Virus record (IMG/VR): IMGVR_UViG_2597490325_000001 | Span: 96,001 to 160,000 of that record | Direction: 5' to 3' (one strand) | Source of the DNA: a virus | Taxonomy: Duplodnaviria > Caudoviricetes | Length of the DNA: 64,000 nt | Part shown: one piece after another, positions 1-8,511 of the stretch | Position numbering within the stretch: position 1 is the first letter of the stretch | Layout: every line of letters begins with the position of its first letter | The notes under the pieces: generated by a model | Database searches by the model: none | Told to the model about the DNA's origin: nothing | What the model saw: only the letters and a program-made list of their open reading frames with translations | Translations under genes and position numbers: made by a program

Positions 1-7
1 AGAAAAG

Positions 8-1780
8 ATGGCAGATTATTTACATCCTTCCGTCTCTAGCCGAATCGTTGATAATTCAGCTGTATATGCTACCGCCGCAGGTAACACTGTACTTTATGCT
101 GCTATCCATTCGGCTATCGGACGGGACAATGCTGTTGAATTCGTTACCACTACAGACGAGTTTCTGTTTAAGTTTGGTAATCCGAATCTCTCCAAGTATG
201 GTCAAACTTCATATAATATCCTGAACTGGCTGCAATCAGGTGGTACAGCTTATGTACTGCGTGTTATGCCGGACGATGCTAAGTTTGCTAACAGCTTAAT
301 CAGTATTAAAACTACTGCAGCTGCTGATCCTGCTAAAGCTACCGTTCTGGTGACTGCTAAAGCTCAGACTACCAATACTGCTTCCAAGAATGCAATGAAA
401 ACCATCCTAAGCGGTGGTACAGCTGGTGAAACTCCACTGTGCTTCATTGTACCTAAAGGTCGTGGTGAAAATTATAACGGCTATGGTTTCCGTTTATCTC
501 TGCGTTCTGATTACGACAACACCTATAATTTCCGTACTTACAATCTGTCTGTAACGGTTAAAGATTCTACTGGTGCCGACGTAGTTGTTGAAGGCCCATA
601 CATTGTATCCTTCGACCCAGAAGCAAAAGATAAATCTCGTCAGTCTATTTACTATGCTAATATCATTAACAAGTATAGTCAGTACGTAGAAATCGTAGAC
701 AACCGTTCCGCATTTGAAACTATTTCTGAATTTGTAGTTGGCGACTCTGAAGCTGACCCTCAGAAAGTAGATATCATCTTTGGTCAGGAACGTGCAGTTA
801 CTCCTGCTGAGACTATTCATGCTAATGTAGTATGGAAATCCTCTTCAGTAGAAACTGATGACCCGTCTTATGACGCAACTGCTGCCAACTTCAACAATAT
901 TCAATACCTGACTGAAGGTTCTGAAGGTACTTGGACTGGTGGTAATGAAGAATCTGCTCTCCTTGTGAAAGGTTATAGCGGCGTTCTGGCTCCAGAAATT
1001 CTGGACAAACAACAGTATGAAATCGATGTACTGCTGGATGGTAATAATGAAGTTGCTGTTAAAAACGCTATGAGCGATCTGTGCTCTGAACAGCGTGGTG
1101 ACTGTATTGCTATTCTTGACTGCTCTTTCCAAGGGGATGCGCAGCAGACTATCGACTATCGTACTGGTAATATCAGTATGAGTACTTATTTCACCGCTAT
1201 CTTCGGCCAGCATATGAATGTATATGACGAATATAATGGTGAAACTATTACAGTTACTTCAACTTACTTCCTGGCTTCCATGATTCCATCTAACGATGAT
1301 CAGAATGGTATTCAGTGGACGTTTGTTGGCCCACGTCGTGGTGTAATCTCTGGTTTTACGGATATTAACTTCTATCCTAACGAACCTTGGAAAGAAAAAC
1401 TGTATCTGGCTCAGGTTAACTACATTGAGCGTGATCCTAAGAAAATTAGTTTTGCGACTCAGCTGACTTCTCAGACCTCTCGCTCTGCACTGAGCTACAT
1501 CAACAACGTTCGTGTACTGTTACGTATTCGTCGTGAAGTTGAGAAAATGATGGCTGATTACCGTCAGGAGTTCCAAGATAATACTACTTATGATAGTATG
1601 TCTTACAGCCTGAATAACTATCTGCAACAGTGGGTAGCTAACCGTGCATGTTCTTCTATCTCCGGTACTGTATATGCTTCTGACTATGACAAGCAGCAAT
1701 CTATTGCTCGTGTCAAAGTTGAGCTTGTATTCACTGGTGTAATCGAACGTATCGCCATTGACCTAGTCGTTAATAAATAA
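8..1780 (+). CDS. Contractile tail sheath protein
   Basis: 590 aa; N-terminal YLHPSV..R, FGNP, C-terminal GPRRG, YINNVRVLL, V.VELVFTGVIERI typical of myovirus sheath proteins. Confidence 0.9.
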   Translation: MADYLHPSVSSRIVDNSAVYATAAGNTVLYAAIHSAIGRDNAVEFVTTTDEFLFKFGNPNLSKYGQTSYNILNWLQSGGTAYVLRVMPDDAKFANSLISIKTTAAADPAKATVLVTAKAQTTNTASKNAMKTILSGGTAGETPLCFIVPKGRGENYNGYGFRLSLRSDYDNTYNFRTYNLSVTVKDSTGADVVVEGPYIVSFDPEAKDKSRQSIYYANIINKYSQYVEIVDNRSAFETISEFVVGDSEADPQKVDIIFGQERAVTPAETIHANVVWKSSSVETDDPSYDATAANFNNIQYLTEGSEGTWTGGNEESALLVKGYSGVLAPEILDKQQYEIDVLLDGNNEVAVKNAMSDLCSEQRGDCIAILDCSFQGDAQQTIDYRTGNISMSTYFTAIFGQHMNVYDEYNGETITVTSTYFLASMIPSNDDQNGIQWTFVGPRRGVISGFTDINFYPNEPWKEKLYLAQVNYIERDPKKISFATQLTSQTSRSALSYINNVRVLLRIRREVEKMMADYRQEFQDNTTYDSMSYSLNNYLQQWVANRACSSISGTVYASDYDKQQSIARVKVELVFTGVIERIAIDLVVNK

Positions 1781-1790
1781 GGATAAATAA

Positions 1791-2543
1791 ATGGCTAACT
1801 CAGATATCTTGACTTATGACTCCGGTCTAACTGGTCATGACACTAGTGCAACGGGCGATAACTTCTTTACTGGTGCTATTAACACTGGACAGATTAGTCA
1901 CGACCCGTATGTAACTGGTTTCGCATTTTGGGTATGGGTTTCCGTACCCACTTGGTTGTCTAACCCTGAAGAATTTAAAGCTCTTTCTCAAAAGAACTTT
2001 TTAGCATTCCAGGGTTTGTCTAACCTTGAAATGGAAACTGAAGGTGTTCGTGGTGGTTTTACTGCTAACGAAACTCATTACGCAAAACAGACTGGTGCAA
2101 AACCAACTGAATTTACTCTGCGTTATCAGATTCATAGTGGTTCTCCACTCGATCGTTTTTATAATGAATGGTATTCCGGTATCCGTGACCCACATACTGG
2201 TATTGCTACTTATCCTAAGCAGTTCGGTTTAGAATATCACTCTTCTAACCATACTGGTGTAGGTCTGTATGTTGTTACTCGTCCAGATGCTAACAATTTT
2301 GATGCTAAAAACATTGAATTTGCTACTCTGATAACTCATATGCAACCAAAACGTATCAACATGGAACATTTCAACTTTGAGCAAGGTACTAACGACTTTG
2401 CTACAGGCGAAATGCCGTTCTCTGGTGTTATGCATTTTGGTCAACAGGTTGCGCAGTATGCTGAATCTTACATTAGTGATAAAGTTTATAACTTCATTAC
2501 TGAAAACAACTTCAGCAACATCAATACCTATACTGGTTCCTAA
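1791..2543 (+). CDS. Putative tail tube protein
   Basis: 250 aa directly after sheath with AGGA RBS; W...IRDP.TG motif seen in T4 gp19-like tube proteins. Confidence 0.7.
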   Translation: MANSDILTYDSGLTGHDTSATGDNFFTGAINTGQISHDPYVTGFAFWVWVSVPTWLSNPEEFKALSQKNFLAFQGLSNLEMETEGVRGGFTANETHYAKQTGAKPTEFTLRYQIHSGSPLDRFYNEWYSGIRDPHTGIATYPKQFGLEYHSSNHTGVGLYVVTRPDANNFDAKNIEFATLITHMQPKRINMEHFNFEQGTNDFATGEMPFSGVMHFGQQVAQYAESYISDKVYNFITENNFSNINTYTGS

Positions 2544-2565
2544 TCAGTAAAAAAAAATTAAGAAT

Positions 2566-2595
2566 AACCCATATCCCTCCAAAGGGATATGGGTT
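2566..2595. terminator. Conserved intergenic hairpin (family copy), between convergent genes
   Basis: AACCCATATCCCT-CCAA-AGGGATATGGGTT; A-run on left, T-rich on right. Confidence 0.8.
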
Positions 2596-2603
2596 TCTTT
2601 ATA

Positions 2604-4361
2604 CTATTTCAAAATCCATTTTCTTAGACCAGCATTATAAATACGATAATATCCATTGGCATGTGAATTTTCATATTCAGTTAAATTAGGATCAAAAATT
2701 TTTTTACATGTAGTAGGATCTTTAAATTTTTTAGCCTGATTACTTTTTTTCATAAATGATTTATGATAACGTCTTTCAGAGGCTTGATTGTTATTGGTAT
2801 TTATATAGTAATAATCTGGAGGGATTTCTTTTATCAAATCAAATCCCAACGCTCTATATAGATTACCATTACTAATTCTATTATCACTATAAGATACAAT
2901 AGATTCTATTTCGTTAATTCTCTCATCTTTACAGAATGCAGTAAGTAATTTAGAAGCACCGCCCACTACCTGCTTTGAAGATGCAAACCTTACCAACTCC
3001 CAATTTTTACCATCTGCTACAGAGCCTCTATTACTGGTAGTGAAGTTGAATAGCATAACTGCTAGTAATTCACTTGTATTTGTATCTAATAAACCATAAG
3101 CGTATTTATAAACACATCTGCCTTGAATATGAGTTGAATCAAGAAAACTATTTATAATATTTTTTGATAAACGTTCATCTGTATCATCAATTAATTTAGT
3201 TTTTCTTGCAAAAATTTTTTCTAAACCGATACTAGATTTAAGTAATATCATTTTCTTAATGATATCTAATTTATGCAAAATTTCATCTTCATAAAATTGT
3301 AATAATCTGATATCTTGTGATTCACATAAATTGAATTTTTCCTTCATATGGTTTTTCAGCCAGCTGTGCCTATTACGGTTACTAGGTAAAGCTTCACTAT
3401 GCCAGTAATTACCATGACATTCTATACCAAATTTATAATCAGGTAAATAAATATCAATTTCTTTACCATTTAGAATATTTCTGTCATGTTCTACAAAGTT
3501 GATTTTATTATCTCTAAGAAAATCTTTAATTACTACTTCTATAAATGGGTCTCTTTTAGCACATTTAATACATCTCTTACCAGAAAGATGCCCTTTAGGT
3601 AATTGCTCAAAATAACCATGTTCAGGGCATGATATCATTATCTTAGTATTACTATCTACATATTCCACTTTAGAATAGTCATAGAAGTCTCCATGCACTT
3701 TTTTAGCTTTTTTAATAAAACTATTAGTGGTATCTTTCTTAGCTTCAGCTGATGCAGTAATAAGTGGTATAGCACATTTAGGGCATCCATTACCTGCAAT
3801 ATGCCTATTAGGAGTTTGTTCGAAATCTCCATGTTTCTTACAGGTAATTATTACTTTAGTTTTATTATTTACGTAATGTACTTTATCATAATTATATTTG
3901 TTATTATGAATTTCCTTAGCTTTACTAATAAATAAGTGGCATCTACTAGGGTCATTATCTTTTTTAACCATAGCACATTTAGGACATCCAGCACCATGAG
4001 TATGACTATTAGGAGTCTGTTCAAAATCACCATGTATTTTACATGTAATAACTAATTTCGTATTAGTATTTACATATTCAGCAGATGTGTATAGGTATTT
4101 ATTACCATGTATTTTTTTAGCTTTTTTAATAAAAGACTTAGTATCAAAAACTTGATAACCTGATTTATTTCTTTTACATAAAGGACAGCCACCTCTATCT
4201 TTTCTTCTTATATAATGAGGAGTCTGTTCAAAATCACCATGTTCTTTACATGTAATAGTTACCTTAGTAGTATCATTTACATAGACAGTTTTATTATATA
4301 GATAATCCTCTTCTGGAAAACGCTCAGTTTTAAGTTTGTAAATAAATTCTTTAGTATCCAT
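2604..4361 (-). CDS. Free-standing putative homing endonuclease (zinc-finger repeats + PD-(D/E)xK/Vsr-like + Hef/GNAT-like C-terminus)
   Basis: Four repeats of I.C..HG.FEQ.P..H....GCP.C; EIDIYLPDYKFGIECHGNYWH; C-terminal ELVRFAS...GGASKLL...SYSDNRISNGNLY. Confidence 0.75.
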   Translation of the reverse strand: MDTKEFIYKLKTERFPEEDYLYNKTVYVNDTTKVTITCKEHGDFEQTPHYIRRKDRGGCPLCKRNKSGYQVFDTKSFIKKAKKIHGNKYLYTSAEYVNTNTKLVITCKIHGDFEQTPNSHTHGAGCPKCAMVKKDNDPSRCHLFISKAKEIHNNKYNYDKVHYVNNKTKVIITCKKHGDFEQTPNRHIAGNGCPKCAIPLITASAEAKKDTTNSFIKKAKKVHGDFYDYSKVEYVDSNTKIMISCPEHGYFEQLPKGHLSGKRCIKCAKRDPFIEVVIKDFLRDNKINFVEHDRNILNGKEIDIYLPDYKFGIECHGNYWHSEALPSNRNRHSWLKNHMKEKFNLCESQDIRLLQFYEDEILHKLDIIKKMILLKSSIGLEKIFARKTKLIDDTDERLSKNIINSFLDSTHIQGRCVYKYAYGLLDTNTSELLAVMLFNFTTSNRGSVADGKNWELVRFASSKQVVGGASKLLTAFCKDERINEIESIVSYSDNRISNGNLYRALGFDLIKEIPPDYYYINTNNNQASERRYHKSFMKKSNQAKKFKDPTTCKKIFDPNLTEYENSHANGYYRIYNAGLRKWILK

Positions 4362-4391
4362 ATTTTTTATTACTGACCTATTTTAGTTAAC

Positions 4392-4403
4392 TAAGAAAAT
4401 GTT
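4392..4403 (-). promoter_or_regulatory. Late-type promoter motif AACA-N6-TA(G)
   Basis: AACATTTTCTTAG on minus strand upstream of 4361. Confidence 0.65.
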
Positions 4404-4419
4404 AAAAAAATAAGAATAA

Positions 4420-4444
4420 CCCATATCTCTTAAAGAGATATGGG
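4420..4444. terminator. Conserved intergenic hairpin (family copy)
   Basis: CCCATATCTCT-TAA-AGAGATATGGG. Confidence 0.8.
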
Positions 4445-4451
4445 CTTTTAC

Positions 4452-5537
4452 TTAAAGTTTAAATACTAATTGATTATCATTGCAGAGTTCTTCTACCATC
4501 AATGCTCTGAAATTTTCGCCATATCCAGTATATGCTTTCTTAAGCATATTATATAGAACAGGGTAAGTATTTGCTGAAATAATAATCTCAATGTTCCCAT
4601 AACTGTTAATCTCAATGTTTTCCCCACTATAGCTCTTTTGAAGACATATTAAATTAGCTTCTTTATCAATAAGAAGCTCATATTTGTGAGAGTGTGTACC
4701 ATTTACATAAATAGGGAATTGGCTATTATTAAAAAGTTCTAATAACCATTTATTTGATATTTTAGTAACAGATAGATATGATTCTTCTTTTTTAGCTCTT
4801 TCAAAATTAGGAGTAAATTTAGCTTGTTCAAAATTATTAGTAGATTGAATAGGAGTATTCTTAGACTTAAGTCTTTTCAACTTAGATAAAAAATCTAAAT
4901 CATTTCTATTAATTCTTCTACTTTTCTTTCTATTAATACTATCTTCATTATATGGATAACGTTTAATGAAATCATTTGTATTAGTTAGATCTACATGATA
5001 TGAAGAATCAGCTTCTTCCATAAAAAGACTGTTAAAGGTTAAAGAAAATTCTTTATACTTATCATGAGTATCAACTTCACCATCTCTTATTTTTTTAAGT
5101 AAAAATTGAGCTACTTCATTAGGGAAAATATCAAATAAATGATTAGGTTCGCCATTATTTATATTTTCTGGATGGAGAGGTATAGTCCATTGATTTAAAC
5201 GAGTAACCTTTTTAAGAATTTCGAATGCCGGATTTACTTCCAGCTTATCATTTCCAACATCTATATTCATTCTTGTAGTTTTTCTTCTTTCTAATACAAT
5301 TTTAAGTTTGCTTTCGATTTCATTATTATCACATAGAGAATTGCAATCTTTCATATAAAATGATAAGCCGTCTCCTTTATCCGTTGAAACATTTTTAATT
5401 ATTATTGGGAAAGTAAATGACCCTGGGGTTGATACAGGGATTTTATATGTTTTGATAATTAAGTCAGTGATATCTTTATTTAATATAATACTATCACCGG
5501 CAATGCGCATTAAAACTTTATGGCTAATTTCGAACAT
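4452..5537 (-). CDS. Hypothetical protein
   Basis: 361 aa ORF with AAGGA RBS and upstream early-type motif; no recognisable domain. Confidence 0.7.
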   Translation of the reverse strand: MFEISHKVLMRIAGDSIILNKDITDLIIKTYKIPVSTPGSFTFPIIIKNVSTDKGDGLSFYMKDCNSLCDNNEIESKLKIVLERRKTTRMNIDVGNDKLEVNPAFEILKKVTRLNQWTIPLHPENINNGEPNHLFDIFPNEVAQFLLKKIRDGEVDTHDKYKEFSLTFNSLFMEEADSSYHVDLTNTNDFIKRYPYNEDSINRKKSRRINRNDLDFLSKLKRLKSKNTPIQSTNNFEQAKFTPNFERAKKEESYLSVTKISNKWLLELFNNSQFPIYVNGTHSHKYELLIDKEANLICLQKSYSGENIEINSYGNIEIIISANTYPVLYNMLKKAYTGYGENFRALMVEELCNDNQLVFKL

Positions 5538-5565
5538 TGTAAAATTCCTTTATATAGATTATTCA

Positions 5566-5581
5566 CACTATAATTATATAT
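5566..5581 (-). promoter_or_regulatory. Early-type promoter motif
   Basis: ATATATAAT-TATAGT-G on minus strand. Confidence 0.6.
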
Positions 5582-5604
5582 ACATGAAAAAATAATTAAA
5601 AATA

Positions 5605-5634
5605 ATCCATATCCCTCAAAAGAAGGATATGGAT
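5605..5634. terminator. Conserved intergenic hairpin (family copy)
   Basis: ATCCATATCC...GGATATGGAT. Confidence 0.75.
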
Positions 5635-5639
5635 ATTTA

Positions 5640-5963
5640 TTAATATTTTCTTGAATCGTTAATAACTTTTACATCTTTAAGGAAAATATAAGATATTATT
5701 AGAGTAAATGGAATACTATACAAAACCGCTGATTCATGATGAGTAGCTTTAACTACTACTATATTAAGAATCAGTAGCATCATTATAGATAGAAATAATA
5801 CAAGTAAAATTCTAGATATATACGCTTGTTTCAGAGTTCTATACTTTGTATTATAAACCGTTACAGCTAAGGTACCGAAAGATAACACTGTATAAATAAT
5901 AAGTATAGTTGTTGAACTAAGATAATTACTTATAGTCAGTAAGTCTACCATAAAATTAATCAC
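5640..5963 (-). CDS. Small membrane protein
   Basis: 107 aa with about three hydrophobic segments. Confidence 0.65.
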   Translation of the reverse strand: MINFMVDLLTISNYLSSTTILIIYTVLSFGTLAVTVYNTKYRTLKQAYISRILLVLFLSIMMLLILNIVVVKATHHESAVLYSIPFTLIISYIFLKDVKVINDSRKY

Positions 5964-6678
5964 TGGAATTCCTCTTGTTAATTAGTTCAGGTAATTTACC
6001 TAAATCAGAAATCTCTTGTAAGCCTACTTTCAATGCAATATTTTGTGCATGACTACTAAGTTCATTCTTACCGTTTTCTACAATCTCTTCCATAACTTCT
6101 TCCATTACTTCCGTAGCAAAAGTTAAGTTTTTAGGAGTATTATTGATTGCATGTTTAAGACTTTTTACTTTTTCTTGAAGATCCTTACGATTTAGTTTAC
6201 TTCCACTTAAAGCAACTTCTAAATCTTTAAGTCTTTCTTGAAGTCCTTCAATTTGAGATGATACACTCTCTTCAAGAATTCGTCGTAAATGAGCGTTACT
6301 AGTTTCCGTTTCACCTATACTTCCTGGTGAAACAATATTACCATCGCGGTAATACGATATAGTGCATGGAGTACCTTCTCCCAGCCCAATACTGCTAACC
6401 ATAGCAGCCCATTGACTTTGAGTTAGATTAACTTCTATAAGACCCTTTCGACTATTAGGTCTAAATTTTTTAATACCATATGCTTCTACTTCTATACCCT
6501 GATCAATAGTTAACCGGATATAGTTATTGTGTCTAATTCCACTACCGAAAAATCTTTTACCAGCGCCACTTTGTACTCTAGAAATAGAGATATTGCCGAA
6601 TGCCGGATGAGATCTTTCTAGATGCCCTAAAGAATTTATTCTTTCTTCTATTAACACATCATTATTCTTTTTAGTCAT
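5956..6678 (-). CDS. Phage hypothetical protein with coiled-coil C-terminus
   Basis: 240 aa; GAGG RBS; HPAFG..SISRV, GEGTPCTI. Confidence 0.75.
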   Translation of the reverse strand: MTKKNNDVLIEERINSLGHLERSHPAFGNISISRVQSGAGKRFFGSGIRHNNYIRLTIDQGIEVEAYGIKKFRPNSRKGLIEVNLTQSQWAAMVSSIGLGEGTPCTISYYRDGNIVSPGSIGETETSNAHLRRILEESVSSQIEGLQERLKDLEVALSGSKLNRKDLQEKVKSLKHAINNTPKNLTFATEVMEEVMEEIVENGKNELSSHAQNIALKVGLQEISDLGKLPELINKRNSSD

Positions 6679-6697
6679 GATTACCTCAAAAATAATT

Positions 6698-6725
6698 CCC
6701 TATACCTTCAAAAGAGGGTATAGGG
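6698..6725. terminator. Conserved intergenic hairpin (family copy)
   Basis: CCCTATACCTTC-AAAA-GAGGGTATAGGG. Confidence 0.75.
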
Positions 6726-6731
6726 GGTTTC

Positions 6732-6989
6732 TTAGATATGCTTTCGATACTTTATTACATATACCGTATGAATTATATGTAATACTGCAAGACAGATTAT
6801 AGTAGTATTAGTACTAAAGTTCCATCCAAGAACTACAGCGGTTAAAATTAATTGAAGACCCTTATCAGAAAAAATTCTAAAAATTTTCATTTTTAGCTTA
6901 TTTTCCGAAGGTACAGATATTGCGAATACTGCTAAGCCTATCATCAGTATTCCAACTACAGCAAATATTACTGGATAAGAGTAAATCAT
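6732..6989 (-). CDS. Small membrane protein
   Basis: 85 aa, hydrophobic, AAGG RBS. Confidence 0.65.
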   Translation of the reverse strand: MIYSYPVIFAVVGILMIGLAVFAISVPSENKLKMKIFRIFSDKGLQLILTAVVLGWNFSTNTTIICLAVLHIIHTVYVIKYRKHI

Positions 6990-6998
6990 ATGTATACC

Positions 6999-7445
6999 TT
7001 AAAAAATGTTAATTCTAAGCCCTATAGTATAACGTTTACCCTTGCCAACTTCTATAAAAAAGCTTTCTTTTAATCTTATCTTCATAACTATCTCCTTTTT
7101 GATCTTCTCAAAATCAATATCTTCCGTAACTATATAGTCATGAATTGCTTTCTCTAGAGAGTCAACAAAATCAGATAAACGCTTCTTCATTACACTACCT
7201 TTTATCCCATCAGGTAAAGGCATAATACACATTGCTGCGTTATCAAAAAATCTAATGTCGGCGTAATAAGTGTGTCTATGTCTATTATATTGTGAAAATT
7301 TTTGTACTGTTTCTCTGTCAACTTTCTCTACTAGACGTTCAAGAGGAGTAAATCTTCTATCAATATAATCTATTGCACCTACTACTAAAAGAAGAACTAA
7401 ACCAACACCAATTATAATAACTTTTACAGCCTCATCATGTGTCAT
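6999..7445 (-). CDS. Hypothetical protein with N-terminal membrane anchor
   Basis: 148 aa; start overlaps upstream stop (TAATG). Confidence 0.65.
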   Translation of the reverse strand: MTHDEAVKVIIIGVGLVLLLVVGAIDYIDRRFTPLERLVEKVDRETVQKFSQYNRHRHTYYADIRFFDNAAMCIMPLPDGIKGSVMKKRLSDFVDSLEKAIHDYIVTEDIDFEKIKKEIVMKIRLKESFFIEVGKGKRYTIGLRINIF

Positions 7446-7774
7446 TATTTGAAAAGTTTCCTTATATAATATTTGATGGTTATACGAATTTCTTTACCTG
7501 TCTTCAAATAAATACAGGTGCTTTTATCTGGATCTACATTTCTATCATAACCTACACGTCTAATGGCATAGCGTATAAAAGTATTTTTAGAGCTATCAAA
7601 CTCACTCGCTATAACATATGGCGTATTAGTTCTATATTGAATTTTTCTCAATATAGGATTTACAATTCTTTTTAACCGAGTAGAGTGAACGGTATATGTA
7701 TTAGTTTCCACCATCGTCTCCGGAAGAATGATCATTGGTAGAGCCACGTAATTTAGATTTAGGAATAAGACCAT
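7445..7774 (-). CDS. Hypothetical protein
   Basis: 109 aa; start uncertain (74-nt overlap with upstream ORF); stop coupled to next start. Confidence 0.5.
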   Translation of the reverse strand: MVLFLNLNYVALPMIILPETMVETNTYTVHSTRLKRIVNPILRKIQYRTNTPYVIASEFDSSKNTFIRYAIRRVGYDRNVDPDKSTCIYLKTGKEIRITIKYYIRKLFK

Positions 7775-8057
7775 TTTTAGTAGGTTCTAAATTACATTCT
7801 TTATAATACCATGAATATGTACCTTTGGTACCTAAAGAGTTAGCATACATAGTGCAGTCAATTGTTTCCCATAAAGGGCGATATGTAAAAATAGTTGTAG
7901 ATGCAATTGCTAATGCTACCAATTTAACGGTAATAATTCGACGTTTGCTATCTGTTACAATATCTAACCAATCTTCATCTTTTTTGTGAAGATAAAATGC
8001 AAATCCACCAATCAGAATTACAAGAATAGTTAAAAGTAACAGAAAATACCAGATCAT
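7701..8057 (-). CDS. Membrane protein with two TM segments and a Cys pair
   Basis: 118 aa; AGGAG RBS. Confidence 0.7.
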   Translation of the reverse strand: MIWYFLLLLTILVILIGGFAFYLHKKDEDWLDIVTDSKRRIITVKLVALAIASTTIFTYRPLWETIDCTMYANSLGTKGTYSWYYKECNLEPTKNGLIPKSKLRGSTNDHSSGDDGGN

Positions 8058-8068
8058 AAAATACTCCT

Positions 8069-8416
8069 TTAGAATTGACTAGAATCAACAGATTTAATTA
8101 AATCGATTTGTAACTGTAAATGTTTAATGGTTTCTCGTCTTAACGAGAGTGTTGCAGAATCTATATCTTTTTGGTGACAAATTAGGTAAGACTGATAAGT
8201 GCTTCCCATACTATCAAAATATACTTTTCCTATATCTTCTGACAGAATATTGAAAACTGAGCGTGTAATTAAGCGTACAGATTGGAAGCGGATTAAATCT
8301 GAACTACGTTTAGTATATGGTGATGGTTTGAGAATGTCAACTACATTAAGCTCTTTAGTATTAAGAATACCATTCTCAATAATTACCATATACAATTTAA
8401 TATCTTTAAGAATCAT
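8069..8416 (-). CDS. Hypothetical protein
   Basis: 115 aa; AAGGA RBS; first gene after early motif. Confidence 0.7.
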   Translation of the reverse strand: MILKDIKLYMVIIENGILNTKELNVVDILKPSPYTKRSSDLIRFQSVRLITRSVFNILSEDIGKVYFDSMGSTYQSYLICHQKDIDSATLSLRRETIKHLQLQIDLIKSVDSSQF

Positions 8417-8441
8417 CTCATTTCCTTTAAATTAGCATTAT

Positions 8442-8457
8442 CATTCTTATAATATAT
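8442..8457 (-). promoter_or_regulatory. Early-type promoter motif
   Basis: ATATATTAT-AAGAAT-G on minus strand. Confidence 0.65.
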
Positions 8458-8479
8458 TTTTAAAAGTAAGAATAAAAAT

Positions 8480-8505
8480 CCCCATACCTTTTTACAGGTA
8501 TGGGG
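8480..8505. terminator. Conserved intergenic hairpin (family copy) after portal
   Basis: CCCCATACCT-TTTTAC-AGGTATGGGG followed by T-run on minus strand. Confidence 0.75.
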
Positions 8506-8511
8506 TATTTA

